Program-made: the position numbers and the translations under genes | IMG/VR virus record: IMGVR_UViG_3300032284_002843 | Location: 64,001 to 128,000 of that record | Length of the DNA stretch: 64,000 nt | Source: a virus | Reading direction: 5' to 3' (one strand) | Notes under the pieces: model-generated | The model's database searches: none | What the model saw: only the letters and a program-made list of their open reading frames with translations | What the model was told of the DNA's origin: nothing | Shown here: positions 9,438 to 18,864 of the stretch, piece by piece | How positions within the stretch are numbered: the stretch's first letter is position 1 | Layout: every line of letters starts with the position of its first letter

Positions 9438-9774
9438 AGAGCTAGAAGAACTGCGTGTTTATAGTCTGTTAAGCGATCAGCTACATTACATTGATATCAA
9501 TGGTGACAAATATGCTTGCTTCGCGGGCTATAACATACCATATTGTATGGTTGGTTCATTTTTAATCTGGGCATGGACAGGCAGTAAAGTGTACACGAAG
9601 CTTTACAAAGAATCTGAGATGGTAGAAATTCTTCAAAAGCTAAATCAACACGACCAACATATAACCAATACACCAAAGGAAGCTGCATGGTATTTGACAA
9701 ATAAACTGAGAACTATCATGCAAACTTGGGAGCCGCATCATTTTGATGACGTTTTTGAGAAGGCTTTGGTGTAG
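9418..9774 (+). CDS. Hypothetical protein
   Basis: ORF overlapping the NTase end. Confidence 0.65.
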   Translation: MKMIIPKELEELRVYSLLSDQLHYIDINGDKYACFAGYNIPYCMVGSFLIWAWTGSKVYTKLYKESEMVEILQKLNQHDQHITNTPKEAAWYLTNKLRTIMQTWEPHHFDDVFEKALV

Positions 9775-9784
9775 TTTTACCGCA

Positions 9785-9812
9785 ACTCTTTAGATAAATA
9801 CATCTGGAGAGT
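9785..9812 (+). promoter_or_regulatory. Late promoter inside RBS-sequestering hairpin
   Basis: ACTCTTTAGAT/ATCTGGAGAGT stem (2 G-U pairs); GATAAATA 9793-9800; RBS GGAGA in the 3' arm. Confidence 0.65.
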
Positions 9813-9815
9813 AAG

Positions 9816-10109
9816 ATGAGTCGACCAAAACCAAAAATTTTATTGGAAAATACTGATGCTGCTACCTACAAAAGCGAACAAATTTTGGATGCCGAAGGTA
9901 TCTACGCAGTTTTTTACCAAGGTAAACCAATAAATCTACGTAGTATCAACAAGTTAGTTGACTATCCAGGTCCCAAATATAGAAAAACATCATTTAGCAA
10001 TCCAGGACATGCACATAATCTTGCTGAAAAGCTGAACACTATGTTTAAAACTGATCAGTTTGCAGTATATCTATTAACAAATGGCACGATTATTAAAGAA
10101 AATGCCTAA
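9816..10109 (+). CDS. Conserved phage hypothetical protein
   Basis: MSRPKP, YPGPKYRKTSFSNPGHA motifs; strong RBS. Confidence 0.8.
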   Translation: MSRPKPKILLENTDAATYKSEQILDAEGIYAVFYQGKPINLRSINKLVDYPGPKYRKTSFSNPGHAHNLAEKLNTMFKTDQFAVYLLTNGTIIKENA

Positions 10110-10515
10110 CAATCTCAAATACTTACAAACCGCATGGACAAATAGAGACGAATTTGTAGCGTGTGTACTTGCTGATCCTGAATTTTTACCATTAGTAAAG
10201 CCGGCTCTACCAAATCGAGATGATTTTCTTGTTTCAAAAAACGACTGGGTTAGGCATATGTTTATGCCCAGTGGCTGGCAGTTAAGCACGTTTGGCTGTG
10301 CCATCCTAATGCGTGCATATCAATCGTGGCGAATTGTTGGGCCAACTAAAGATAATTTAACAGGTAAGTTGGTTGTAAACATGAATAAAATGTTTAATGG
10401 CCCGTGGTATTGTAATACCACTGCATTATATGTTTGGGATCAAAAACTACATTGCGAACTACAAATGTTCAATGGCGATTTAAATCTTTATATTAATGCT
10501 TATTTGCCCGCTTAA
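10102..10515 (+). CDS. Hypothetical protein
   Basis: ORF overlapping the upstream stop; start uncertain (10081 or 10102). Confidence 0.65.
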   Translation: MPNNLKYLQTAWTNRDEFVACVLADPEFLPLVKPALPNRDDFLVSKNDWVRHMFMPSGWQLSTFGCAILMRAYQSWRIVGPTKDNLTGKLVVNMNKMFNGPWYCNTTALYVWDQKLHCELQMFNGDLNLYINAYLPA

Positions 10516-10553
10516 AAAATCCAAAAAATTTTAAACATTTTCGCATTTTTCAG

Positions 10554-10582
10554 TTGATCTGCTATTGCACCTATGTTATTCT
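10554..10582 (+). promoter_or_regulatory. Sigma70-type promoter with extended -10 and A/T-tract UP element
   Basis: TTGATC-17 nt-TATTCT, TG at -15/-14, A and T tracts upstream. Confidence 0.65.
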
Positions 10583-10620
10583 CCATAACACATTAACTTA
10601 ACTGAAAGGGTGTTTTATAT

Positions 10621-11820
10621 ATGGCTAAGTCCAGTAACAAGATTGTAGAGCTGGGTTCTGTTAATCCCAGCCGACTTAAGATTGCTATTCAGCATTGTAT
10701 CAATCGCAAGCGTCCGCTTTTTATCTGGGGTCAGCCTGGTATTGGCAAGTCGGAGCTTGTTGCAGAAGTTGCCCGGCAGCAGAATCGTCCGCTGATTGAC
10801 ATTCGTCTTCCGCTTATGGAGCCTACCGATATTCGTGGTATTCCGTATCTTGCCGATGTTAAGATTTACAACAGCAAGGGTGAGCTGGTTAAGGATGACC
10901 AAGGCGTGCCCATCACTAACAAAGAGTTCCGTTGGAGCACCCCCAGCGATCTACCCACCGACGAAGCTAGCCGAGCACTGGTATTTTTCGATGAGATGAG
11001 CGCTGCTCCTCCTAGCGTGCAGGCTGCTACTTACCAGATTATCCTTAACCGTCGAATTGGCAACTATCAGCTGCCCGACGAAGTGGTAATTGTTGCTGCA
11101 GGCAATCGTGTTAAGGACAAGGGCGTTGCTTATAACATGCCGCTGCCGCTGGCCAATCGTTTCTCCCATCTTACCCTGGAAGTTAATACAGACGATTGGA
11201 AGGAGTGGGCAACGCTGAATCGTATTCACAAGGATGTTGTTGGTTACATCAGCTTCCAGCCTGGCGACCTCAATGGCTTCAATCCTAGCTCGGAAGGCTA
11301 TGCGTTTGCTACGCCGCGCAGCTGGTACTTCGTCAGCGATCTGCTGCAGGAGAAGAACGAAGACGGCAAGTGGGTTGACACTACTCTGCCCGACGACGTT
11401 CTTGGAGATCTAGTCCGTGGTACCGTAGGCGAAGGCCCTGGTACCAAGTTTATGACCTATCGTAAACAGGCTGCAAACCTGCCGCATGCTAAGGACGTAC
11501 TGAACGGAAAGATTACCACGCTCAAGAATAGGCAGATTGACGTCTGTTACGCTCTTACCACAGCATTGTGCTATGAGCTGAAGGATACCAGTGATCGGTG
11601 TGCCAAGCTTGCACAGCAGGGAGAAAAGAAGCCTTGGCTTGAATTTAACAAGCAGACTGATGTGTTTTTGCGGTTTATCATGGATAACTTCGAAGACGAA
11701 CTGGCTGTAATGGGAACAAGGACCATTCTTGGTACCTATAAGCTACCAGTTCAGGCACCTGAACTGAAGAATTGGAAAGAATTCGTAGCTCGTTACGCTG
11801 ACATTCTTCCCAACATGTAA
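10621..11820 (+). CDS. MoxR-like AAA+ ATPase
   Basis: Walker A GQPGIGKS, Walker B VFFDE, AAGN sensor, PLANRF, TPRSW. Confidence 0.92.
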   Translation: MAKSSNKIVELGSVNPSRLKIAIQHCINRKRPLFIWGQPGIGKSELVAEVARQQNRPLIDIRLPLMEPTDIRGIPYLADVKIYNSKGELVKDDQGVPITNKEFRWSTPSDLPTDEASRALVFFDEMSAAPPSVQAATYQIILNRRIGNYQLPDEVVIVAAGNRVKDKGVAYNMPLPLANRFSHLTLEVNTDDWKEWATLNRIHKDVVGYISFQPGDLNGFNPSSEGYAFATPRSWYFVSDLLQEKNEDGKWVDTTLPDDVLGDLVRGTVGEGPGTKFMTYRKQAANLPHAKDVLNGKITTLKNRQIDVCYALTTALCYELKDTSDRCAKLAQQGEKKPWLEFNKQTDVFLRFIMDNFEDELAVMGTRTILGTYKLPVQAPELKNWKEFVARYADILPNM

Positions 11821-11826
11821 ATGGCC

Positions 11827-11862
11827 AGAGCAGTGAGTGTGGCAGACTCACTGCTCTTTTTT
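11827..11862 (+). terminator. Intrinsic terminator between AAA+ and vWA genes
   Basis: Perfect 12-bp stem AGAGCAGTGAGT/ACTCACTGCTCT followed by a T run. Confidence 0.8.
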
Positions 11863-11875
11863 AGGAGATAGAAAA

Positions 11876-13129
11876 ATGATTCCTGCTCGTAGTCAAGTTG
11901 AAACTTTAATTAAACAGGCAAAAATTCGACTGCTGTTTAACAACCCATTCTTTGGCACGCTTATTATGCATCTTCCTCTACAGGACGTAACTGATGCTGG
12001 CTGGTGCCCTACTGCTGCAGTAGATGGACGGTATATCTACTACAACCGCAACTTTTTTGCCAAGCTAAACGTTGATGAAATTATGTTTGTGCTGTGTCAC
12101 GAGGTTCTGCACGTAGCGTTTGATCATTTTGGACGTCGTAGTCATCGTGATCCACACTGGTGGAATATGGCTAACGATTATGTTATCAATGGTCTGCTAG
12201 TTAAGGACCACATTGGTAAAATGCCAACTGTGAAAGTTCCAGTTGAGGATAACAGCGGCGGTAAAAAGACCACTAGCCAGCGTGTTGGTCTCTATGAAGA
12301 AAAGTACGTCGGTTGGACCAGTGAAGCTGTTTACGATGATCTTGAAAAGCGTAAGGTCAAGAAAGAACTGACTCTGGACGTTCATCTTGAAGCTGGTAAG
12401 GATGGTAAGAACAGCAAGAACGGTATTCCTATCGACATCAGCGATGACGAGCTTAGACAGATTCGTGAAGCGATTAAAGGCAAAGTGCTGCAGGCAGCTA
12501 ATGCGGCTGCAGGTAAACTTCCTGCTAGCCTGAAGCGTTTTATCGATGAACTAGTAGAGCCCAAAGTTAACTGGCGCGATCTACTTCGTCAGAGCATTCA
12601 AAGCTGCATCACCGACGACTTTACCTGGCAGAGGCCAAATCGTCGACACATGAATAGCGGAATTTTTCTTCCTACACTTAAGAAGGATGAAACCATTGAC
12701 ATTCAAATCGCTATTGACATGAGTGGTTCTATTAGCGACGAAATGGGCAAGGACTTTTTGAGCGAAGTTTATGGTATTATGCAACAATATCATGACTTTA
12801 AGATCGGTGTTATGACATTTGACACTGCTCCGTATGGCTACAAGGAGTTCACCAAGGATAACCAGGACGAGTTGCTGAGTTATAAGCTGGAGGGCGGCGG
12901 CGGCACTGACTTTGATGCTTTCTGGGATTACTGGAAGGACAACAAAATTGAGCCTAAGCTAGCTGTAGTGTTTACCGACGGATTTCCGTTTGGTAGCTGG
13001 GGCCCAGATAACTATGCAGATACTCTGTGGGTTATCACCGAAGGAGCTAAGACTCGCGTAACTCCGCCATTTGGCCGTTATGCTTACTACGAAAATGGTA
13101 AGGGTATTGAGGAAGTTGGCGAAGTATGA
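11876..13129 (+). CDS. DUF2201-type HExxH metallopeptidase-like plus vWA domain protein
   Basis: CHEVLH, WNMANDY, MIDAS DMSGS, GGGTDF, FTDG; AGGAGA RBS before ATG 11876. Confidence 0.92.
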   Translation: MIPARSQVETLIKQAKIRLLFNNPFFGTLIMHLPLQDVTDAGWCPTAAVDGRYIYYNRNFFAKLNVDEIMFVLCHEVLHVAFDHFGRRSHRDPHWWNMANDYVINGLLVKDHIGKMPTVKVPVEDNSGGKKTTSQRVGLYEEKYVGWTSEAVYDDLEKRKVKKELTLDVHLEAGKDGKNSKNGIPIDISDDELRQIREAIKGKVLQAANAAAGKLPASLKRFIDELVEPKVNWRDLLRQSIQSCITDDFTWQRPNRRHMNSGIFLPTLKKDETIDIQIAIDMSGSISDEMGKDFLSEVYGIMQQYHDFKIGVMTFDTAPYGYKEFTKDNQDELLSYKLEGGGGTDFDAFWDYWKDNKIEPKLAVVFTDGFPFGSWGPDNYADTLWVITEGAKTRVTPPFGRYAYYENGKGIEEVGEV

Positions 13130-13434
13130 TCCGAGTAAATTTACATTCAAATAACAGACGGGGAAAACTCCCCGTCTGGATTGTCAAACTTATAAACGTA
13201 TTTCTCGAAAAGTTTGCTGAGGAATATGATGTCAAAACTGGCGATGCATACAGATACCATTTTGAGGATGTGAGACGATTAGAAAGATTGAAAAAACTGT
13301 TTGAAGATAACAATATAACAGTCGATACGTATAATATGGAAGAACTACCAAGTTGGGGCCTACTTATTCCGCATGATAATGAACTGGTAGTAGAATACAT
13401 CCTAAAATACGGAACTGAAAAAGAAGAAACTTGA
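13126..13434 (+). CDS. Hypothetical protein
   Basis: ATGA overlap with vWA stop. Confidence 0.65.
   Translation: MIRVNLHSNNRRGKLPVWIVKLINVFLEKFAEEYDVKTGDAYRYHFEDVRRLERLKKLFEDNNITVDTYNMEELPSWGLLIPHDNELVVEYILKYGTEKEET
13155..13178 (+). terminator. GC-rich hairpin just downstream of vWA gene (terminator or stabiliser)
   Basis: 10-bp perfect stem CAGACGGGGA/TCCCCGTCTG; no clear U tract. Confidence 0.5.
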
Positions 13435-13459
13435 TAAACTCACATTTATAATCTAAACT
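13431..13459 (+). promoter_or_regulatory. Sigma70-type promoter
   Basis: TTGATA-17 nt-TAAACT. Confidence 0.55.
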
Positions 13460-13482
13460 ATACAAGTTTTTGGAGATTATAA

Positions 13483-13758
13483 ATGTCATCACCCAGTGAT
13501 TTTAGTACACAACTCGGAGATTTAACAGCTCAGCTAGCAGGAATGGTAGCGGAACGTTTGGCATGGGCTACACGCAGCATAGATCCAAACAAGCGTAGGC
13601 AAATACTAGAAATGATTGAAGGGCAACTTCCAGACATCATTGCTAATAGCATAGCTAAAAGTCCAAGTTTGCACAGTGCCAAAGGTGTTGAATATTTTGA
13701 AAAAAATATTGAACAAATGGCCGAATCATATGTTCAAAAGTTCGTAGGAAAAATCTAA
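13483..13758 (+). CDS. Hypothetical protein
   Basis: GGAGA RBS and upstream promoter. Confidence 0.75.
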   Translation: MSSPSDFSTQLGDLTAQLAGMVAERLAWATRSIDPNKRRQILEMIEGQLPDIIANSIAKSPSLHSAKGVEYFEKNIEQMAESYVQKFVGKI

Positions 13759-13766
13759 ATAAGTGT

Positions 13767-14015
13767 ATGCAAAAAGATTTGCGTGAAATTACGCTTAAAG
13801 TTCCTTTCCCGGGGAATCCAAAATCGGCAAGTGAAACTTGGATTACATTGCTAGAGCAATGGCTGAGCTGTAATTTCAAAGGTTACACCGTAACTGTTAC
13901 ACAGGATTCATATCAACGAAATACAGATATTAAAATCAATTTTGCCAATATAGAAGATGCAACCTTTTTCAAATTAAAATACTATCAAGAAAATGACTGT
14001 AAATATACCATCTAA
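13767..14015 (+). CDS. Small hypothetical protein
   Basis: TAAATA 5 nt upstream; C-terminal EDATFFKLKY. Confidence 0.65.
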   Translation: MQKDLREITLKVPFPGNPKSASETWITLLEQWLSCNFKGYTVTVTQDSYQRNTDIKINFANIEDATFFKLKYYQENDCKYTI

Positions 14016-14376
14016 TCAACGACAAGAAGATTGTAACATGGCAAATAAAGGACCATTTGATAGATCATATACATTTACAGTTGACGCTAAATGGATCAAA
14101 AAAGATTGGTCTGATGAAGAAAAAACTCTGCTGAGACCCATAGCAGAAACACTGGCTATGTTAGATGGCAATGCTTTTTTCTTACATATATTGCCCGACG
14201 GTAGAGAATGGTATGAGCAATATCTCGCAGAAGCTGCTACTGTATTCTACGAAAACGGTGGCCAGACAGGTTGTGCAGGCGCCGCTAGTTGGGTTTTAGA
14301 ACAAAAACACGAAAATGATGCAGTGAAAGAAGCATATAAAAATTGGAAAACTATTAAAATTCTTAGTAAGGAATAA
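13993..14376 (+). CDS. Hypothetical protein (start may be 14038)
   Basis: ORF; LRPIAETLAMLDGNAF motif. Confidence 0.7.
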   Translation: MTVNIPSNQRQEDCNMANKGPFDRSYTFTVDAKWIKKDWSDEEKTLLRPIAETLAMLDGNAFFLHILPDGREWYEQYLAEAATVFYENGGQTGCAGAASWVLEQKHENDAVKEAYKNWKTIKILSKE

Positions 14377-14410
14377 TTTCTTTATCATTCTCTTGCATTT
14401 TATCAAAATA

Positions 14411-14448
14411 TCCGTATTGTGTAAATATGCTGCAGTGCACAATAAGGA
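14411..14448 (+). promoter_or_regulatory. Late-promoter-like TAAATA inside RBS-sequestering hairpin
   Basis: TCCGTATTGTGTA/TGCACAATAAGGA stem; TAAATA 14422-14427. Confidence 0.55.
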
Positions 14449-14455
14449 GAGAAGA

Positions 14456-14617
14456 ATGAAAATAATCAAAAAACTTGTTAAAAAAATCAAAAATCGTAGA
14501 TTGGTTAGATGCCAAGATGACAGTTTGAGAACATTTTTTAGAAGTGAGTATAAGAAAAACGCCGATGCTGCATTTTGGTATTGGAAAACTATGAATGATC
14601 TAAACTACCATCGCTAA
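14456..14617 (+). CDS. Small basic hypothetical protein
   Basis: AAGGAG RBS before ATG 14456. Confidence 0.65.
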   Translation: MKIIKKLVKKIKNRRLVRCQDDSLRTFFRSEYKKNADAAFWYWKTMNDLNYHR

Positions 14618-14647
14618 TTGACATATCACCTGCATAACAAATATGCT
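14618..14647 (+). promoter_or_regulatory. Sigma70-type promoter
   Basis: TTGACA-18 nt-TATGCT. Confidence 0.6.
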
Positions 14648-14668
14648 TGCTAGACAAGGAGATTGTAT

Positions 14669-15109
14669 ATGCAGGTTGATTTGTTAAAGTATCAAGAGTT
14701 TGTAGAAGCTGTAACCAGCAAAGAAAGTAATAATCTAACAGCATTATCTGATAGAATGTTACAACTGCATCATAACTTAGTGCAAGGTAAGGATGGAAAC
14801 CTTGAAAATGGCCCAAAAATAAATGTACCATTGCTTCTAACGGCTGGATTAGGATTAGGTAGTGAAGGCGGCGAATTCCAAGAAATCATAAAGAAAGTAT
14901 TTTTCCAAGGCAAGCCATTAAACGAAGAAAACGTTTTTCATATGAAGCGCGAGCTCGGTGATATAATTTTTTATTGGATAAATGCATGCCGTGCATTAAA
15001 TCTTGATCCAAATGATGTTATTCAGGAAAATGTTACTAAACTATCGGCTAGATATCCAAAAGGTTTCAGCGTTGACCGCTCAGAAAACAGAGAAAAGGGC
15101 GATATCTAA
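14669..15109 (+). CDS. mazG: MazG-like NTP pyrophosphohydrolase
   Basis: GLGSEGGEF, RELGDI, NVTKLSARYP. Confidence 0.9.
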   Translation: MQVDLLKYQEFVEAVTSKESNNLTALSDRMLQLHHNLVQGKDGNLENGPKINVPLLLTAGLGLGSEGGEFQEIIKKVFFQGKPLNEENVFHMKRELGDIIFYWINACRALNLDPNDVIQENVTKLSARYPKGFSVDRSENREKGDI

Positions 15110-15118
15110 TCTAAAATA

Positions 15119-15153
15119 TCTCCCTGTTCAACTATAAATAATGAACAGGGAGA
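15119..15153 (+). promoter_or_regulatory. T4-type late promoter in the loop of an RBS-sequestering hairpin
   Basis: Perfect 12-bp stem TCTCCCTGTTCA/TGAACAGGGAGA; TATAAATA 15133-15140 in the loop. Confidence 0.85.
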
Positions 15154-15159
15154 ATTTAT

Positions 15160-16078
15160 ATGGCTAAAAAATTAACCACCGAACAATTTTTGGAAAGAAT
15201 AAAGGTACGATTTCCAGATATGTTCAATGAAAACGATTATAACGAAACCGTCTATGTAAACATAGCAACTAAAGTTTCAGTTAGATGCAAAAAACATGGT
15301 TTATTCCAAGTATGGCCCGGCGATCATATGAGTGGGATGTTTGGATGTAAAATATGTATTCAAAATAAAAGAAAAGAAACCAATATTAAAAAAATATGGC
15401 GTTGATAATATCTTTAAACGAACCGATATTATTAGAAATTCTATGATAAACAAACATGGTGTACCAAATCCTGGATTATTAAACGATCATGTTGATAAAA
15501 TCAAAAAGACTAATTTAGAAAAATACGGCACTATATGGGTGGCTCAAACAGAAGAAGCAAAAGCTGCAAGACGAGAAACAAATTTGAAAAAATATGGGTA
15601 TGAAGTTCCTACTAAAAATAAATTAATCTCTGCTAAAATTATACAAACAAAAATAGCAAACGGCGGCTTTACTAAATCTAATAGTAGTATGGAAGCAACT
15701 AACTTCATTAAATCGTATATACATAACAAAAAATACGATAATGATCAATGTGCATATGCCAACGAAGAGTTGGGCTTACATGAATGGGGAATTTATAAAA
15801 ACGGACGATGGGTTCTTTTTGATCTTGTTGTTTTTCAAAAAGGATATCGAGGAGACAAAGATAAAATAATTGAAATATTAGAATATCACGGACCGTTTCA
15901 TTACACATTAGAAGAGGCTAATGAATTTGGGGATAAAAAAGCATTTCCTTGGAAAACAAATAAGACAACAATAAAAGAAAGCTACCTACGCGATTTAGAA
16001 AAAGAAAAAATTGCTCAATCTCTTACAAATAATTATACGGTAATAAGAACCCGACACGGGAATATAAAAATTTCATAG
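15160..16078 (+). pseudogene. Homing-endonuclease-like gene split by a frameshift
   Basis: N-terminal CxxH...CxxC zinc module, TNLxKYG repeats, C-terminal FD...IIEILEYHG nuclease-like motif; A7 run at 15388-15394 breaks KETNIKK/YGVDN. Confidence 0.7.
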
Positions 16079-16080
16079 TG

Positions 16081-16130
16081 CCTCTTGATTTTTTGAAAAA
16101 TATTTTTATATTATTCAAAAAAAAAGGAGG
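16081..16130 (+). promoter_or_regulatory. Long imperfect inverted repeat enclosing a sigma70-like promoter and the RBS
   Basis: 23-position stem with 3 mismatches; TTGATT 16085, TATATT 16107, GGAGG in the 3' arm. Confidence 0.55.
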
Positions 16131-16134
16131 TACT

Positions 16135-16299
16135 ATGAATATTATTATAGATAAAACTCCTGAACAGTTACAGGAGACTTATCGTCGTATGTTAACAACA
16201 CTTGAATATGGTGGATCAGTCAATCCTAAAATTTTACATGAGATTGAGCTGCGCTTAAAAGAAACCGAACCGTTAAAACAACCTACGTTAAATAGTTGA
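16135..16299 (+). CDS. Small hypothetical protein
   Basis: AGGAGG RBS before ATG 16135. Confidence 0.65.
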   Translation: MNIIIDKTPEQLQETYRRMLTTLEYGGSVNPKILHEIELRLKETEPLKQPTLNS

Positions 16300-17021
16300 T
16301 GGTAGCAAATAATTTTATTACTTTTTATAAAAACGGTGAAGAGACTATTAAACCAAAGATCCAACATTTGTTAGATATATTTGATAGGGTCAAAGAAAGT
16401 CCTATGACAAAAACATGCGAAGCGATGGATAGACACGGGTCTAATAAAAACCATCGCCAGCATGTAATATACACACCATTTTATGATGCATTATTTGCAA
16501 ACTTAAACCCATCTGGGGTTTTAGAGTTTGGTATAGGAAGTCAAGATCCAACTATCGCATTTAGTATGAACGGACAAGCGTGTATTCCTGGTGGTAGTTT
16601 ACGAGCATGGAAAGAATTATTCCCCAATGCAGAAATATTTGGTGCAGATATTGATAAAAATTGTTTGTTTAAAGAAGACAGAATATCAACATATTACGTT
16701 AATGCATTGGAATCAATTTCTACAGACCAGTTATGGGAATACATTACAACAGATCATCCAAATATTAATATACAACTAATCATAGACGATGCATATCATA
16801 GCTTAGATGCTAATTTAACATTACTCAATCATAGTATAGATCATTTGGCCAACAACGGATGGTATGTAATTGAAGATATTAACAGAGATAAACCTGCACA
16901 TATCAATGGAATTAAAGAATGGTTGCAAAATCATAATTATGATGCCGTAGTTTTAGATATTCCAAACAACACCAATACTAGCTGTTGCTGCATGGCTGTT
17001 ATACACAAAACAAACTGTTGA
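16299..17021 (+). CDS. Class I SAM-dependent methyltransferase-like protein
   Basis: VLEFGIG, GGSLRAW, IFGADID, LIIDDAYH, YVIED. Confidence 0.8.
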   Translation: MVANNFITFYKNGEETIKPKIQHLLDIFDRVKESPMTKTCEAMDRHGSNKNHRQHVIYTPFYDALFANLNPSGVLEFGIGSQDPTIAFSMNGQACIPGGSLRAWKELFPNAEIFGADIDKNCLFKEDRISTYYVNALESISTDQLWEYITTDHPNINIQLIIDDAYHSLDANLTLLNHSIDHLANNGWYVIEDINRDKPAHINGIKEWLQNHNYDAVVLDIPNNTNTSCCCMAVIHKTNC

Positions 17022-17046
17022 CGCATGTTGTATTGCATGCTATAGT
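17018..17046 (+). promoter_or_regulatory. Sigma70-type promoter, leaderless
   Basis: TTGACG-17 nt-TATAGT with extended TG; 5 nt before ATG 17052. Confidence 0.75.
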
Positions 17047-17051
17047 ACAGC

Positions 17052-17510
17052 ATGAATACATTTCCAGATACAATCATCTTCGACATAGACGGTACCCTGG
17101 CCAACTGTGAGCACAGAATCCATTGGGTTCGCAGCAAGCCAAAAAACTGGCCTGCCTTTAATAGAGCCATGAAAAACGATACTCCAAATTGGGATATTGT
17201 GTGGCTTTTAAGAGGCTTTTTTGCACAAGGTGTAAAAATCCTTATTGCTAGCGGTCGCAGCGAAGATGATCGTGCGGTCACTGAAACCTGGCTGAACGAA
17301 GTAGCTAAGGTTCAAGGCATGTATGAGAAGCTATACATGCGAGCTAGCAAGGATTACAGAAGTGACGACATTGTTAAGAGTGAAATTCTTGACCAAATGC
17401 GTGCCGATGGTTTTAACCCTACTATGGCTATAGACGACAGATCAACTGTTGTAAACATGTGGCGCAGTCGTGGACTACGCTGCCTGCAGGTTGCACCGGG
17501 CGACTTCTAA
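17052..17510 (+). CDS. HAD phosphatase, Pnk 3'-phosphatase-like domain
   Basis: FDIDGTL, SGR, LYMR...D.R.D...K, IDDR, QVAPGDF as in the T4 PseT C-domain. Confidence 0.9.
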   Translation: MNTFPDTIIFDIDGTLANCEHRIHWVRSKPKNWPAFNRAMKNDTPNWDIVWLLRGFFAQGVKILIASGRSEDDRAVTETWLNEVAKVQGMYEKLYMRASKDYRSDDIVKSEILDQMRADGFNPTMAIDDRSTVVNMWRSRGLRCLQVAPGDF

Positions 17511-18529
17511 TGGATCAGCTTATTCCTCAGCTTGATTATACTCAAACCGAGTATGAGTCTAAGCTGGCCAGTTTATTGAACTGGTTAGGGAATAAGCTTG
17601 ATTCGGCACAGCTTAAAGATGAGTTTTTGAAATACTGTAAAACTATTGACCGCCAAGAAGATGCCATTCTTGTTCCTGCAACCAAACTAGTATCAGTTGG
17701 AAAAATTGCATACTTGCTTAATCGAGGAGCAAAGTTAGAAGATAGAACTGTTAATAAGATTTTTGATTTATTAGAATCCATTACGATTACTAACAAAGGT
17801 GCAACCTCGTTTGATGACGTAGAAGAAACTGCACGTTCTAAATTTCTTTTTTCATATGTCACCTGTTACAGTCTTATTGATAATACCTGGTGGCAACTGC
17901 TGAAAAACAAAAGTGATTACAAAAGTCTGGCAGATGACACTAGAGCGGTAATAAGAAAGTATAGCAACGGAAAAACTGCTATTCTTTCACAACTCAAAAA
18001 TCATTATCTTAGTATCTTAGAAGATGCTAAAGAAGATAAAGCATTAAAATCTTGGATTAAACCTTTAAGTATTATCTGCGATACCATTGAGCTGATGGCT
18101 GTAACATCTCGCGGGAGAAGTAAAGGTAAAAAGAAAACATCCGGCATGGTAGATAAGAAAGCAGAAAAAGCAGCAACAAATCTCACATACAAAGCAGAAG
18201 ACCGCGAGCTTGGTGTCAGAAGCCTACAGCCAAATGCTGTGATTGGTGCCAAAGCTGTGGTTTTATACAATACTAAGAACAAGCATTGTGAACTATATCT
18301 CGCCGAAACTGATAAGACTATTAGCCTGAAAGGCAGCTATTTGCTTAACTGGGATACAGCTATCAGTTCTAGAAAAACTCTGCGTAAACCTCAAAGCGAG
18401 TTGATTAACTGGAGTCAGGCTGGTAATCTACGTAGATTACAAGTTCTATTAGACAATACCTCTGGACAGTCAAAACCTGTCAAAGGAAAGTTTAATCAAA
18501 ATATTGTAATTATAAAGGCTATACACTGA
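17510..18529 (+). CDS. Conserved T4-like phage hypothetical protein
   Basis: TAATG overlap; LYNTK...KGS...RKTLRKP motif. Confidence 0.75.
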   Translation: MDQLIPQLDYTQTEYESKLASLLNWLGNKLDSAQLKDEFLKYCKTIDRQEDAILVPATKLVSVGKIAYLLNRGAKLEDRTVNKIFDLLESITITNKGATSFDDVEETARSKFLFSYVTCYSLIDNTWWQLLKNKSDYKSLADDTRAVIRKYSNGKTAILSQLKNHYLSILEDAKEDKALKSWIKPLSIICDTIELMAVTSRGRSKGKKKTSGMVDKKAEKAATNLTYKAEDRELGVRSLQPNAVIGAKAVVLYNTKNKHCELYLAETDKTISLKGSYLLNWDTAISSRKTLRKPQSELINWSQAGNLRRLQVLLDNTSGQSKPVKGKFNQNIVIIKAIH

Positions 18530-18864
18530 TGAAAAAACCAAAATATCAAAAATATGATTATAAACAACGTCAGCAAATTCAAAAGAAAGTCTGCATAACG
18601 CATGAAGATCGGTTTCTAGCTGATTTATTAAAAATGTGCAATAACAACCTGAATGCTTTTATTGAAACTGATACTTGGTATGATAACACCGACGTAAATC
18701 TGGTATGGTCTGAACCAGAGACAGATGAGCAAATGACAAAACGTATTACTGAATATGAAGCCATGTTAAAGCATAAAAAAAATAAGAAGGCTGAACAAAA
18801 GAAAGCCCAGTTAGAGTTTGAACATAAAGAATATATACGACTTAAAAAGAAGTTTGAAAAATGA
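18529..18864 (+). CDS. Hypothetical protein
   Basis: TGATG overlap; PETDEQ...LKKKF. Confidence 0.7.
   Translation: MKKPKYQKYDYKQRQQIQKKVCITHEDRFLADLLKMCNNNLNAFIETDTWYDNTDVNLVWSEPETDEQMTKRITEYEAMLKHKKNKKAEQKKAQLEFEHKEYIRLKKKFEK

Noticed and set aside
11837-11875. GTG start for the vWA gene
   Set aside because: Falls inside the terminator hairpin; ATG 11876 has AGGAGA.
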